NCBI GenBank assembly: GCA_030650425.1
Contig: JAUSED010000002.1
Span: forward strand, 2,388-66,387
Origin: Candidatus Omnitrophota bacterium
GTDB lineage: Bacteria > Omnitrophota > Gorgyraeia > Gygaellales > Profunditerraquicolaceae
Length of the DNA stretch: 64,000 nucleotides
Direction of reading: 5' to 3'
The notes beneath the pieces are model-generated. The model searched no databases and had not been told where the DNA came from. It saw nothing but the letters and a program-made list of their open reading frames with translations. Below are positions 18,336-27,529 of this stretch, in pieces (position 1 is the stretch's first letter; every line of letters starts with the position of its first letter). A program made the translations under genes and the position numbers.

Positions 18336-19840
18336 ATTTTTCTTTCGCGGCCGGAATTGTCGGCTCCGGTAATTATCGTCGGGGTAATAAAGATAATCAA
18401 TTCTGTTTTTGTATTTTCCTTACTTCTGCTGCTAAACAACGGGCCAATTATAGGGGTCCGGGATAATCCGGGCAGGCCGTTTATGCTCCCGGTATCTTCA
18501 TTTTTCATCAGCCCGGTTATAATTAAGGTGGAGCCGTCTTTAACCTTGACCACTGTTTCTGATTGAGAAGTCTGAACTATGGGGACCTGCGAACCGGCAG
18601 CCGTAGTCAAGGTACTCGTTACGCTGCTAACCTCAGGCTTGATTTTCATCGTGATATACCCGTCGGCGCCGATAGTGGGAACAACGCTCAGTTTAACCCC
18701 TACGTCGATAAACTGAATACTCTCGGAAGTAATAGTGGTGGTTTCAGCCTGACTCTGGGATGCGGTTACGTAAGCTTGGCGGCTACCCACAAGAAGCTTT
18801 GCCTCTTCCTTGTTTACCACCACAATCCTCGGCCGGGTAAGCACCTTAGTCGTGCCGTATTGGTTAAGTAAATTCATCACCGCGTTAAAATTATCTCTGG
18901 TCAAGACGCCTAAATCTATCCTTCCGTAAGAAGATAGGGCTGGGCTCACCGCGAAATTACCCACCAAATCCAACTTTTGCCTTCCCGCGTCTTTAAAGAT
19001 TCCCTCCCACGATATGCCGCTTTGTAATTGATCATCGAGGGTAATCTCGATTATCTCTCCGCTAATCAACACCTGCCTGCTTTGTTCATCAAATTCTGCC
19101 ATTAGCTTTTTAATCCTGTTCACCCTTTGAGGCAGGTCAGTAACCATCACTTTAGCGCTCCTCTCGTCAACGATCACCTGTCCTACTCCCGGAGTAATCA
19201 AATCATTAATGTAGGTTTTGAGGTCGGCGAAACGCGCGTAGTTGATATCAAAGACCGCGGTCTCCAGCGGCTGATCCAGTTGTTTGATCGTATCCTCGAT
19301 TACGCGTACTGACTGCGGGGCATCGATGATGATAATCGTTCCGGTAGAATCATCGGAGATTATTTTGCCTACATCGGATTTTAAGTTTGAGATAACATTC
19401 ATCACATTCGCCGGCTTGGCATAGTTCAATTTGATCGTCTTGGTCTCCTTGCGCTCCCAGAATTTTTTGCCGTTGGCCTTTTCGTATTCGGCCCCGGTCA
19501 TTACTTTGACGATTTTACCTTTTATTTCATACGCTAAATCCTGCATCGTCGTAATCACATCCAAGGCGTCGGTAAAGGAAAGGTTATCCATAAAGACAGT
19601 AACCCTTCCTTTAACCTCGGGAGTGGTAATCACCGTCATCCCGCTTTTCTCCGAGAGCATTTTAAATAACTCATTAATTTCTACTCCTTTTAGATCCAGG
19701 GTAATCTTGCTCTCGCTTTTCTCTTCGCCTGTTTGCGGCTGAGCGGGCGCGCTATCCTGTTGAACATCTTCCGCGGATAAAGAACTAAGGCCCATCCAGA
19801 AAATAACCGTAAACGTAACCAATACAAATCCGGCTCTCAT
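18332..19840 (-). CDS. Secretin (GspD/PilQ family), paralog without TPRs
   Basis: QFIDVGVKLSVVP, LPGLSRTPIIGPLF, ELIIFITPTII; N-terminal signal peptide. Confidence 0.92.
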   Translation of the reverse strand: MRAGFVLVTFTVIFWMGLSSLSAEDVQQDSAPAQPQTGEEKSESKITLDLKGVEINELFKMLSEKSGMTVITTPEVKGRVTVFMDNLSFTDALDVITTMQDLAYEIKGKIVKVMTGAEYEKANGKKFWERKETKTIKLNYAKPANVMNVISNLKSDVGKIISDDSTGTIIIIDAPQSVRVIEDTIKQLDQPLETAVFDINYARFADLKTYINDLITPGVGQVIVDERSAKVMVTDLPQRVNRIKKLMAEFDEQSRQVLISGEIIEITLDDQLQSGISWEGIFKDAGRQKLDLVGNFAVSPALSSYGRIDLGVLTRDNFNAVMNLLNQYGTTKVLTRPRIVVVNKEEAKLLVGSRQAYVTASQSQAETTTITSESIQFIDVGVKLSVVPTIGADGYITMKIKPEVSSVTSTLTTAAGSQVPIVQTSQSETVVKVKDGSTLIITGLMKNEDTGSINGLPGLSRTPIIGPLFSSRSKENTKTELIIFITPTIITGADNSGRERKI

Positions 19841-20496
19841 CTTAATTCGTAGTCGCTTGTTTTTCCGCCGGAAGAAATCTCCAAGGTGGCTGAATTACGC
19901 GAAACCTCTTTAATCTTAAATTGTTCGTTTTCAAAAGAATCGCCTTTTTTTAAAACATAGGTCCGGGAGTTAGGATCCTTGCCGTACTCAATCATTACTT
20001 CAGGGTTAGCTGACCAAATGATCCCCACTAACTTTAAATCCTTAGTCAGTTCGGCCACTTTTGGGCCATCTGTTTCAACAGATTCAATGGGTTTAACCCC
20101 GGGCGGAAGGAAAATATCTCTTTTGATATCCTGAGGTAAAACATTTTTACGCAGGATACCCTGGTTTTCTCTCGAAGAAATCACTTTGGATATCGCCGCC
20201 GCGTCGGTAGAAGTAAAATAAGCGGCATTGGAGGCCGAAACAACCGGCCCGCTTAAAAGGCTGTAAATTAAAAAAAGGGTAACTACGGAGGCGGTTAAGA
20301 CCAAAACCTTATTGAGAAGGGGAAGGTTGAACTTAAATTCTTTAATATCTTTCAGGTTTAAGCCGAATTTATGTGTAGGTATAAGCTCGGATAATGATTT
20401 TTTCGGGCTTACGCCGATACTTGGCTTACGCTTGATTTCACCTGTGCCGCCTTCGATAATCTTTAGTAGTCTTTCGTCTGAAGTCCCCTTATCCAT
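19837..20496 (-). CDS. Bitopic GspC/PilP-like secretion accessory protein
   Basis: One TM segment; RDIF..LKLVGIIWS..VMIE..LKKGD beta-domain; start MDKGTSDERLL with GAAAGG RBS. Confidence 0.65.
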   Translation of the reverse strand: MDKGTSDERLLKIIEGGTGEIKRKPSIGVSPKKSLSELIPTHKFGLNLKDIKEFKFNLPLLNKVLVLTASVVTLFLIYSLLSGPVVSASNAAYFTSTDAAAISKVISSRENQGILRKNVLPQDIKRDIFLPPGVKPIESVETDGPKVAELTKDLKLVGIIWSANPEVMIEYGKDPNSRTYVLKKGDSFENEQFKIKEVSRNSATLEISSGGKTSDYELR

Positions 20497-20505
20497 TTTT
20501 CCTTT

Positions 20506-20564
20506 CGAAACTGTTTCCATCCCAATCGGGAAACTGTTTCCGAGCCAATCGGGACAGTGTCCCC
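20506..20564. repeat. 23-bp-period palindrome array 4
   Basis: Units at 20506 and 20529; spacers ATCCCAATCG, GAGCCAATCG; terminal GGACAGTGTCCCC at 20552. Confidence 0.93.
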
Positions 20565-20570
20565 TCTCCG

Positions 20571-21395
20571 CTATACCGCATTCCTGGCAATTAAATCCCG
20601 CACTAAGGTCGCGTCGATCACCGTCTTATTACTGGTAATCAAGCTCCTGAGCGCGTTATGACAAACTAAATTTATCCTGCGCGGATATCCCTGGCTATAA
20701 CGATGAATCTCGCTAATTGCCTCATCTGTAAAGAGTTTCAGCTCAGAATTAAACCCCGAGGCCCGCAACCGGTAATTGATCATATCCCTTGTCTCTTTTT
20801 CATCCAGGGGATTGATTACATATTTAAGGACGATGCGGTCAAAAAAGTTCTTGATCTCTTTGATCCGCGGGAGGAGCTCCATCTGGGAAAAAAGGACCAG
20901 CTGTAATAATTTATATTCGTTGGTTTCATAATTTAACAAGACGCGCAATACTTCTAAGGAAGCCGGATTAAGTTTTTGCGCTTCATCCACCACAAAAACA
21001 ATCGTTTTATTTTCTTCCACGCCTTTTTGAAAAAGAAACTTCTTGATCGCCTCTTTATAATCCAACACATTGGGAGAAGATTTAATTTCATCCTGAATGC
21101 CGAAGGTGCGTACTAGCGACTCCATAAAAAGTTCTTCACTCTGGGGGGTAGGATCCATAATCATATAAAAAAGAATATCTGGCCGCTCCTTTAACATCTG
21201 AAAAAGCTTACGCGATAGAGTAGTCTTACCCACCCCCACATCTCCTAAGATGACGCTTAATCCACGGCGCAAACGTATCTCGACCAAGACTCGAAGCAGG
21301 CAGGCCTTATGTTCGATAGATTCATAGAAGAAAGCCGGATCCGGGCTGCTGGAGAAAGGTTCTTTTTCTAAACCTAATACGGTATAATAGCTCAT
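20571..21395 (-). CDS. ExeA/GspA-family AAA ATPase
   Basis: PFSSSPDPAFFY, Walker A GDVGVGKTT, Walker B VVDEAQ, SQGYPRRIN. Confidence 0.92.
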   Translation of the reverse strand: MSYYTVLGLEKEPFSSSPDPAFFYESIEHKACLLRVLVEIRLRRGLSVILGDVGVGKTTLSRKLFQMLKERPDILFYMIMDPTPQSEELFMESLVRTFGIQDEIKSSPNVLDYKEAIKKFLFQKGVEENKTIVFVVDEAQKLNPASLEVLRVLLNYETNEYKLLQLVLFSQMELLPRIKEIKNFFDRIVLKYVINPLDEKETRDMINYRLRASGFNSELKLFTDEAISEIHRYSQGYPRRINLVCHNALRSLITSNKTVIDATLVRDLIARNAV

Positions 21396-21622
21396 TGTCC
21401 TTTTAACAAAATCCCCCGGATAAGATGCAGCGAATATCCCTGGCTCTTAAGCTTGCTTATTCTGGCTAACCCGGAGCGAACCTCCCGGATACTATATAAA
21501 CGGTTATTCCCCTCCCTCCTGCGTACTTTTAATAAACCCAAGTTCGTATAATAATTGATTGTCTGATAAGAAAGATTGTATTTCTTGCTGATTTCAATAG
21601 GTGAGATTAAAGTTTTTGCCAT
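21392..21622 (-). CDS. Small MerR-like HTH DNA-binding protein
   Basis: TINYYTNLGLL..RREGNNRLY..GYSL; AGGAGG RBS. Confidence 0.85.
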   Translation of the reverse strand: MAKTLISPIEISKKYNLSYQTINYYTNLGLLKVRRREGNNRLYSIREVRSGLARISKLKSQGYSLHLIRGILLKGQ

Positions 21623-21673
21623 CGCGCTCCTCCTTAAGGTGCTTAGAACAATAAATATAGTAAGTTATAGTAG

Positions 21674-21722
21674 ATGCTATAACACCATGACAAATGCTAT
21701 AACATATTATACATTTTGTCAA
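21674..21722 (-). promoter_or_regulatory. Sigma70-like promoter with direct repeats
   Basis: TTGACA (21722-21717)-N17-TAGCAT; ATGCTATAACA repeated at 21674 and 21694. Confidence 0.6.
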
Positions 21723-21894
21723 GTAAAATCTTCAATTTTACCGTCGGAGAGGTAAATTTTGGCGATTTTTTAAATTTTTTTATAAAAAGATTGCTTTTAC
21801 AACTTTTAAACCATCCGCTTTCATTAGATAGTGATTTTTTACGTATCTTGAGTATTTACACAGTCTTTTACTCCAGCAAAAAAATAGATACAGC

Positions 21895-21924
21895 CCCTAA
21901 TAGAGATTTCAATCTCTATTAGGG
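21895..21924. repeat. Intergenic hairpin, possible terminator
   Basis: CCCTAATAGAGATT-TC-AATCTCTATTAGGG. Confidence 0.6.
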
Positions 21925-22027
21925 CTATCTAAAATTGCATTAAATCATCCTGAAGAAAAAATCTGGGGAAAGCAATTATTTTTGTAAAAAAAGGGGGACG
22001 GTTATATTTTTCGGGTTTTCTGATGCC

Positions 22028-22073
22028 AAAAAAAGGTGACGGTCACGAAATGCGTGACTGTCACCTTTTTTTT
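22028..22073. terminator. GGTGACNGTCAC doublet hairpin with A/T tails, terminator-like
   Basis: A7-GGTGACGGTCACG-aaatg-CGTGACTGTCACC-T8, just after the stop at 22081. Confidence 0.7.
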
Positions 22074-22080
22074 ATAAATC

Positions 22081-23073
22081 TTATTTGGTAATAACTTCGA
22101 TCTCGGTAGAGGTAACTGCGGATACTCCTTTATTGTCTTTTACTGTAAGCGTAGCGGTATATTTACGTGAACCGTAGGTTGAACTCCAGTAAGTATTGGT
22201 GGGATTCCTCTTCGTAGAGGTGTCTCCGTCGCCAAATTCCCAAGAATAAGAGACGATCTTACCATTGGGAGACGAAGATTGTGACCCGTTGAATTGCACA
22301 AATAACGGAGATGGGCCTTTTTGTGGCTTAGTAATGATTACTGCAATCGGCGCCTTAGTCGAAGCTTGGGACTTAATAACGATCTTTTCTTTTACCGAGA
22401 CAGGAGCTGATGCCTGAACGGCCGGATGAGAATTATCCTTACTAGCCGCGGGCGAAACAAGCTGCTCCTTAGGAGGAACTGTTTCAACCGCCTCTTTCTT
22501 AACCGGCTCTTTAGTTTCCGGCGGTAGCGTAACTTTTTCCGTAACTGTAGCCGGCGCTTGGGGTTTTTCTTCTGTTGAAGCTTGAACACCCTCTTTCTTT
22601 AAGTCTTCTTGAATGTAGGCATTTAACCGGTCTTTTAAAGCTTTGATTCGCTCTTTTTCAACTTTATACTCGGCATCCTCCAGCTTATCAATACGCTCTT
22701 TATACTTGGGATCATGATTATATTGATAATCACTAATCATGATCGCGGGCAAACGGAATACGCCTATAACTGACCTAACAATAAATACCGGTGGATCAAT
22801 GAAGTTCTGCTTAAAGCGGTTCTCGATATAACCCATCTTCTTATAGTAATTTTCAACTTCTTTTCTGCGGCGCTGGAAGCGCTGGCGAGCGACCTGTTCG
22901 TCTATGGGGATAGAATTATCCTTCCCCAGAGTATATTCCGGAATGACTCTGTCATATCTGGTAACGATGAAACCTTTATTATAAGGAGAGTACTCACCTT
23001 TTTTAAGACTATAGGTGGCACAGCCGGAAAGGAATAATAACGCGGAAATAACCAAAAGTAATTTTATTTTCAT
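22081..23073 (-). CDS. Lipoprotein with a C-terminal PKD domain
   Basis: MKIKLLLVISALLFLSGC lipobox; SYSWEFGDG..YTATLTVKDNKG PKD motif; the track's extension to 23172 is repeat-derived. Confidence 0.85.
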   Translation of the reverse strand: MKIKLLLVISALLFLSGCATYSLKKGEYSPYNKGFIVTRYDRVIPEYTLGKDNSIPIDEQVARQRFQRRRKEVENYYKKMGYIENRFKQNFIDPPVFIVRSVIGVFRLPAIMISDYQYNHDPKYKERIDKLEDAEYKVEKERIKALKDRLNAYIQEDLKKEGVQASTEEKPQAPATVTEKVTLPPETKEPVKKEAVETVPPKEQLVSPAASKDNSHPAVQASAPVSVKEKIVIKSQASTKAPIAVIITKPQKGPSPLFVQFNGSQSSSPNGKIVSYSWEFGDGDTSTKRNPTNTYWSSTYGSRKYTATLTVKDNKGVSAVTSTEIEVITK

Positions 23074-23080
23074 TTGAGAT

Positions 23081-23109
23081 ATAATACTACTTTGGCCAGG
23101 TTGTGTCAA
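23081..23109 (-). promoter_or_regulatory. Sigma70 promoter, probably giving a leaderless transcript
   Basis: TTGACA-N17-TATTAT, followed 7 nt later by the ATG at 23073. Confidence 0.7.
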
Positions 23110-23112
23110 CCG

Positions 23113-23173
23113 GAAAATGGGGACTGTCCCCCGCCTTTTGGGGACTGTCCCCATTTTCTTCGTGACTGTCACC
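23113..23173. repeat. GGGGACTGTCCCC doublet plus a GTGACTGTCACC unit
   Basis: Units at 23119, 23140 and 23161. Confidence 0.9.
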
Positions 23174-23178
23174 TTTTT

Positions 23179-23520
23179 TTACAACTTGGAATAGATTGTC
23201 CTTAAAACTAATGGAATGGGTTTAATCGGGCGGCTCTTTAATTTGAGGCCATACCTGTATTTGAAATCATCTACCTGCTTTGACCAGACTACTTCCGCTT
23301 CAAGAGTAATCTCTTCGCCGTTATCCGGGACCTTAAGACATATAATCAGGGGAGTGTTTATTGGCAATTCCTCGTCACTGATTAAACCAAGGCCCTGACC
23401 GCTGATATTCTGCGTACAGGTTGCATTGATACTCTTTAGATTAGAGCTAACGTACTTTAAAGGAATAGCGACGAGAAAACGGACTAGCTTCCTTCTTTCC
23501 TGCCGACAGCCATCAGACAT
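23179..23520 (-). CDS. PilZ-domain protein
   Basis: ERRKLVRF (RxxxR) and NISGQG motifs; AEVVWSK..YGLK. Confidence 0.9.
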   Translation of the reverse strand: MSDGCRQERRKLVRFLVAIPLKYVSSNLKSINATCTQNISGQGLGLISDEELPINTPLIICLKVPDNGEEITLEAEVVWSKQVDDFKYRYGLKLKSRPIKPIPLVLRTIYSKL

Positions 23521-23640
23521 AGGTTGACCCCTTCCCTATTGTCATGCGCATAAAGGTTTGCTGTATTAGACATAACTAGTATGCCTTATGTTTGCCATCC
23601 ATTTCAAGGCTATCTTAAGTATTTTAGAAAGCGCTTTCTT

Positions 23641-23979
23641 TTAGGCTTTCCGCTCGGCAAAATCACCGGCAAACGGCAGTTTGAAATATTCCCCCTTATA
23701 GGCCTTGATCATCAGGATGATCCAGAGGATTATCTCTACTATGCCCAATAGCATAATCAAGCTAAAGCCTATAAACGGCAGGATCCTTAAGATAATGCCT
23801 AAAACAAAAAAGAAAGCAAAGACTATAATTGACTGCAGCGCGTGAAAACGCACAAATTTATTTTCTTTCTCGAGGGCGTAAAAGATGACTCCGGAAATAA
23901 AACCTAAAAAATAGCTTAAAAGTGCTACAATATTGGCTTCTATCCCAAGGCTTGATTTCCCCTGACTAATGTGTTCCAT
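23641..23979 (-). CDS. DUF4870 membrane protein
   Basis: ALLSY..EKENKFVRFHALQS..KAYKGEYFKLP; AGGAGG RBS before 23979. Confidence 0.85.
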   Translation of the reverse strand: MEHISQGKSSLGIEANIVALLSYFLGFISGVIFYALEKENKFVRFHALQSIIVFAFFFVLGIILRILPFIGFSLIMLLGIVEIILWIILMIKAYKGEYFKLPFAGDFAERKA

Positions 23980-24005
23980 AATCAACCTCCTTGCCGTCAT
24001 TGCGG

Positions 24006-24057
24006 GAAAAGGTGACAGTCACGCACTTCGTGGACTGTCACCTTTTCTTTCACCTTT
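24006..24057. repeat. GGTGACAGTC hairpin downstream of folE
   Basis: GAAAAGGTGACAGTC...GACTGTCACCTTTTC. Confidence 0.85.
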
Positions 24058-24059
24058 TC

Positions 24060-24617
24060 TTAAGATTTAATCAACGCCAGCGCCTCTGAACGGGTTTTTT
24101 CATTCTCTTTGAATATCCCGCGCACGGCAGAAGTAACCGTAAGCGTCCCGGGTTTTTTTACGCCCCTGAAAGACATACACATATGTTCTGCTTCAATAAT
24201 CACCATACAACCCAATGGGTTAAGCTTCTTCATAATGATATCCGCCACCTGCGTAGTCAAACGTTCCTGCACCTGCGGCCTGCGTGATAAGATATCCACT
24301 ACCCGAGCTAATTTGCTTAAGCCGGTTACCCTTCCGGATTTAGGGATATAGGCGATATGCGCTTTGCCAAAGAATGGCAAAAGATGATGTTCACAGATCG
24401 AGTACATAGGTATTCCTTTCAGCAGGATAATCTCATGATGCTTCTGATCCAGGATAACTTCCAACTCTTTTTCAGGATCAAGCTTAATCCCTGCGAATAT
24501 CTCTTCATACATTTCGGCCACGCGCTTAGGGGTCTCAAGCAGGTCTTTCCTCTTAGCGTCCTCGCCAATCGCCTCCAAGATATCAGTTATCGCCTTCTCA
24601 ATCTTTTTCTTATTCAT
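24060..24617 (-). CDS. folE: GTP cyclohydrolase I
   Basis: [29 protein letters not shown]. Confidence 0.97.
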   Translation of the reverse strand: MNKKKIEKAITDILEAIGEDAKRKDLLETPKRVAEMYEEIFAGIKLDPEKELEVILDQKHHEIILLKGIPMYSICEHHLLPFFGKAHIAYIPKSGRVTGLSKLARVVDILSRRPQVQERLTTQVADIIMKKLNPLGCMVIIEAEHMCMSFRGVKKPGTLTVTSAVRGIFKENEKTRSEALALIKS

Positions 24618-24626
24618 GTTTCTCCT

Positions 24627-26009
24627 TCATTTACCTATACAAAACTCCGCGAAAATCTTATCTAAAAGGTCTTCGGAAAATTTCTTCCCCAAGATCTCAT
24701 CTAAACACCCTAAGGCCTCTTTTATCCCTTGGGCAATGAACTCCGGAGGTAACTTATTATCTAACGATTCGCGCGCTTCCGCAATAATAATCTTTGCCTT
24801 CTGGATCATCTTTATATACCTTAAATTGGCGACCATCAGTGATTCAGCTCCCGCGATATGGCCGCCATAGACTAAATCAGCGATAGCCTGCTCCAAAATT
24901 CCGATATTAGTCATTTTTTTTGCCGAGATATCGATAATTACCTTAAATAATCCCTGCAACTTACTCCGCTCGATCTTTTGCTTAAGATCAATTTTATTGA
25001 TCAAGGCGATTGCTTTCTTTTTCTTGAGTTTATGAATAAGAAAGAGGTCCTCTTTAGCTAACTTCCTGCTCCCATCAAATAAAATAAGCGCTACATCTGC
25101 CAAATCAATCTGACTGCTTGCGCGCTGGATTGCTTTTTTCTCCACCAAGTCGCGTGGCTCTAAAATTCCGGCAGTATCCACAATCCTTACCGGTATCCCC
25201 TTGATATCGATTACTTCTTCTATGGTATCACGGGTTGTCCCGGCAACCGGAGTGACGATGGAGCGCTCTTCTTTGAGCAGCGCGTTTAATAACGATGATT
25301 TACCGACATTAGGCTTACCACAGATCACTACATGTATTCCTTCGCGCAATATCCGGGCTAATTTCGAATCCTTAACCAGCTTTTCCAACTCTTGCTCAAC
25401 TTCTCCCACTTTTCCAGAGAGCATTTTTAAATCTAGCCGCGAAATTTCCTCTTCAGGGAAATCAATACTCGCCTCTAATTCCGTAAGAATATTTAATAAT
25501 GATCCCCTCTCTTTGTTTATTTGCCTGGATAGAGCGCCCTTTAATTGTTCCATCCCTATTTTTAAGGCAGCGTCGGTCTTAGCCCGGATGATATCCAAGA
25601 CTGCCTCTGCCTGCGTCAAATCAATCCTGCCGGATATAAAAGCGCGCTTGGTAAATTCACCCGGCTCGGCAAGGCGGGCGCCATTCTCTAAAACCAGATT
25701 AAGCGTATCGCGCAAAGCAATTATCCCGCCATGACAATTTATTTCCACGACATCCTCTCTAGTGTAAGATTTAGGGCCGCGCATAATGGTGAGAATAACC
25801 TCATCAATCATTTTACCGTTCTTGACAATTGTTCCGTAATGCGTAGTATAGGTTTTAAAAGATGAGGCCTTCTTACCTGAAGGAGAAACAAATACCCTAT
25901 CGGAGATCTTCAACGCTTCTTTACCGCTTAAGCGGACAATCCCGATTCCACCCTCTCCTATAGAAGTTGATATGGCTGCAATGGTATCAGTCAAGCTTAA
26001 ATCTCTCAT
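24627..26009 (-). CDS. mnmE: tRNA modification GTPase MnmE
   Basis: DTIAAIST, GKPNVGKSS, GTTRD, FCIGK C-terminus. Confidence 0.97.
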   Translation of the reverse strand: MRDLSLTDTIAAISTSIGEGGIGIVRLSGKEALKISDRVFVSPSGKKASSFKTYTTHYGTIVKNGKMIDEVILTIMRGPKSYTREDVVEINCHGGIIALRDTLNLVLENGARLAEPGEFTKRAFISGRIDLTQAEAVLDIIRAKTDAALKIGMEQLKGALSRQINKERGSLLNILTELEASIDFPEEEISRLDLKMLSGKVGEVEQELEKLVKDSKLARILREGIHVVICGKPNVGKSSLLNALLKEERSIVTPVAGTTRDTIEEVIDIKGIPVRIVDTAGILEPRDLVEKKAIQRASSQIDLADVALILFDGSRKLAKEDLFLIHKLKKKKAIALINKIDLKQKIERSKLQGLFKVIIDISAKKMTNIGILEQAIADLVYGGHIAGAESLMVANLRYIKMIQKAKIIIAEARESLDNKLPPEFIAQGIKEALGCLDEILGKKFSEDLLDKIFAEFCIGK

Positions 26010-26027
26010 TTTATAGACAGTTAAACG

Positions 26028-26132
26028 CGTCCCACTTTCCCGATTACCTCGGAAACAGTTTCCCTCACAAGTTGGAAACAGTTTCCATTCTAAAGGGGAA
26101 ACTGTTTCCGAGGTAAGGCGGAAACTGTCCCC
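26028..26132. repeat. 23-bp-period palindrome array 5, overlapping the folC 3' end
   Basis: Terminal variant at 26028; units at 26051, 26074, 26097, 26120; spacers CGATTACCTC, CTCACAAGTT, ATTCTAAAGG, GAGGTAAGGC. Confidence 0.93.
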
Positions 26133-27520
26133 CGGGCTTCTCCTACTACATATAATGAACCGGTAACTAAAATTAAGTCTTGTTTTTCGGTAAGCATTAA
26201 AGCTAGATCTTTTGCCTCTTTGACGCTATTTGTAATATGCGTTTCTTTACCTTTGAAGTATTTTTTAAGAACCTCTGGCTCGGTTGCGCGCGGGTTATTG
26301 GATTTAGTCAATATAATCTTATCGGCTAAAGCATAAAGTTCTTGCGCTACCCCTTTTATGTCCTTATCACCTGAGATACCTAACACCAGAATCAAATTCC
26401 GGTAATAAAATCTTGTTTGAATCGCCTTTTTTAAAATCGCGGCGGAAGCGGCATTTTGCGCGCCGTCTAAAACAATAACCGGCTGCTTAGCTACCAATTC
26501 GCAGCGGCCCGGCCATAAAGTATTATAAAGCCCTCTCCTCAGAGAATCAACCTCGACTTTAATTGCGTGGCCTCGCAAAGAGCCGATTGCGGCTAAGGCA
26601 GTTACGGCATTCATCACTTGATGCGCTCCAATTAATTTTATCTTTAGATTTTTATAATTTCCATAAGGACCGCTGATTCTAAAATTATCTTCATTCCCGC
26701 TATATTCTATATCTTTTCCTACTACCAATAATCTTGCTCTTTCTTTTTTACATTTACGCCTGATAACCTCCAATGCCTCTTTTTTTTGCGGAGCGGAAAT
26801 TACAGTAGAATTATATTTAATTATTCCGGATTTTTCCGAAGCTATCTTCTTTAGCGTATGGCCTAATTTATCCATATGTTCATAACTTATCGGAGTAATC
26901 ACGCTTACTAAAGGATTAACCACATTCGTCGCGTCTAATCTTCCGCCTAAGCCGGTCTCTAAGACCGCTAAATCAACTTTTTTTTCTTGAAAATATAAAA
27001 AGGCTAAAGCTGTGCAGGCTTCAAAAAAGGTAAGTCGGCCGTAAATCGAACTACGGTTATATTTTTCTATCGCGGGTTTTAATCTTTTCACTAAACTGGT
27101 GAGCTTAGGCTTAGAAATCATCCCTTCAAAGTCGGCCAGGGACAACGCATTGACAGGGGACACTTTCCTTTGGGCAGCAGGAGACACTTTCCTGCAGGAG
27201 TTTACGACTTGCTGGAAAGTGTCCCCTGCCAGTGGAACCAAAATCCTTATTCGTTCGCGAAAATCGATTAGATGCGGAGAGGTGTAAAGCCCGACCCGGA
27301 AACCAGCTTCCCTTAATATATAGGTAATAAAAGCAGCTGTGGAACCTTTACCTTTTGATCCGGCTACGTGGATACATTTAAGGAAGCGCTCAGGGTTATT
27401 AATTGAACTCAGGAATCCTCGGAAGCGCTTTAAATCCAGCGCTTCTTTATAGGGATAGCTGGAAAGCTTTTCGTAGTTAACCAAAGATTCCAGGTAGCGG
27501 ATTGCTTCTTGGTAGGACAT
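26090..27520 (-). CDS. folC: Folylpolyglutamate synthase/dihydrofolate synthase
   Basis: HVAGSKGKGST, YTSPHL, ETGLGGRLDATN, WPGR, TGSLYVVGE. Confidence 0.95.
   Translation of the reverse strand: MSYQEAIRYLESLVNYEKLSSYPYKEALDLKRFRGFLSSINNPERFLKCIHVAGSKGKGSTAAFITYILREAGFRVGLYTSPHLIDFRERIRILVPLAGDTFQQVVNSCRKVSPAAQRKVSPVNALSLADFEGMISKPKLTSLVKRLKPAIEKYNRSSIYGRLTFFEACTALAFLYFQEKKVDLAVLETGLGGRLDATNVVNPLVSVITPISYEHMDKLGHTLKKIASEKSGIIKYNSTVISAPQKKEALEVIRRKCKKERARLLVVGKDIEYSGNEDNFRISGPYGNYKNLKIKLIGAHQVMNAVTALAAIGSLRGHAIKVEVDSLRRGLYNTLWPGRCELVAKQPVIVLDGAQNAASAAILKKAIQTRFYYRNLILVLGISGDKDIKGVAQELYALADKIILTKSNNPRATEPEVLKKYFKGKETHITNSVKEAKDLALMLTEKQDLILVTGSLYVVGEARGTVSALPRKQFPL
27154..27229. repeat. GGGGACACTTTCC/GGAAAGTGTCCCC hairpin element inside folC
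   Basis: Arms at 27156, 27180 and 27214; 21-nt loop. Confidence 0.9.
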
Positions 27521-27529
27521 ACTAAACAA

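Noticed and set aside
23074-23172. N-terminal extensions in the ORF track (also 20497-20520, 63723-63770, 36927-36995)
   Set aside because: They are derived from repeats or overlap neighbouring genes; downstream starts have better RBS, promoter or signal-peptide context.
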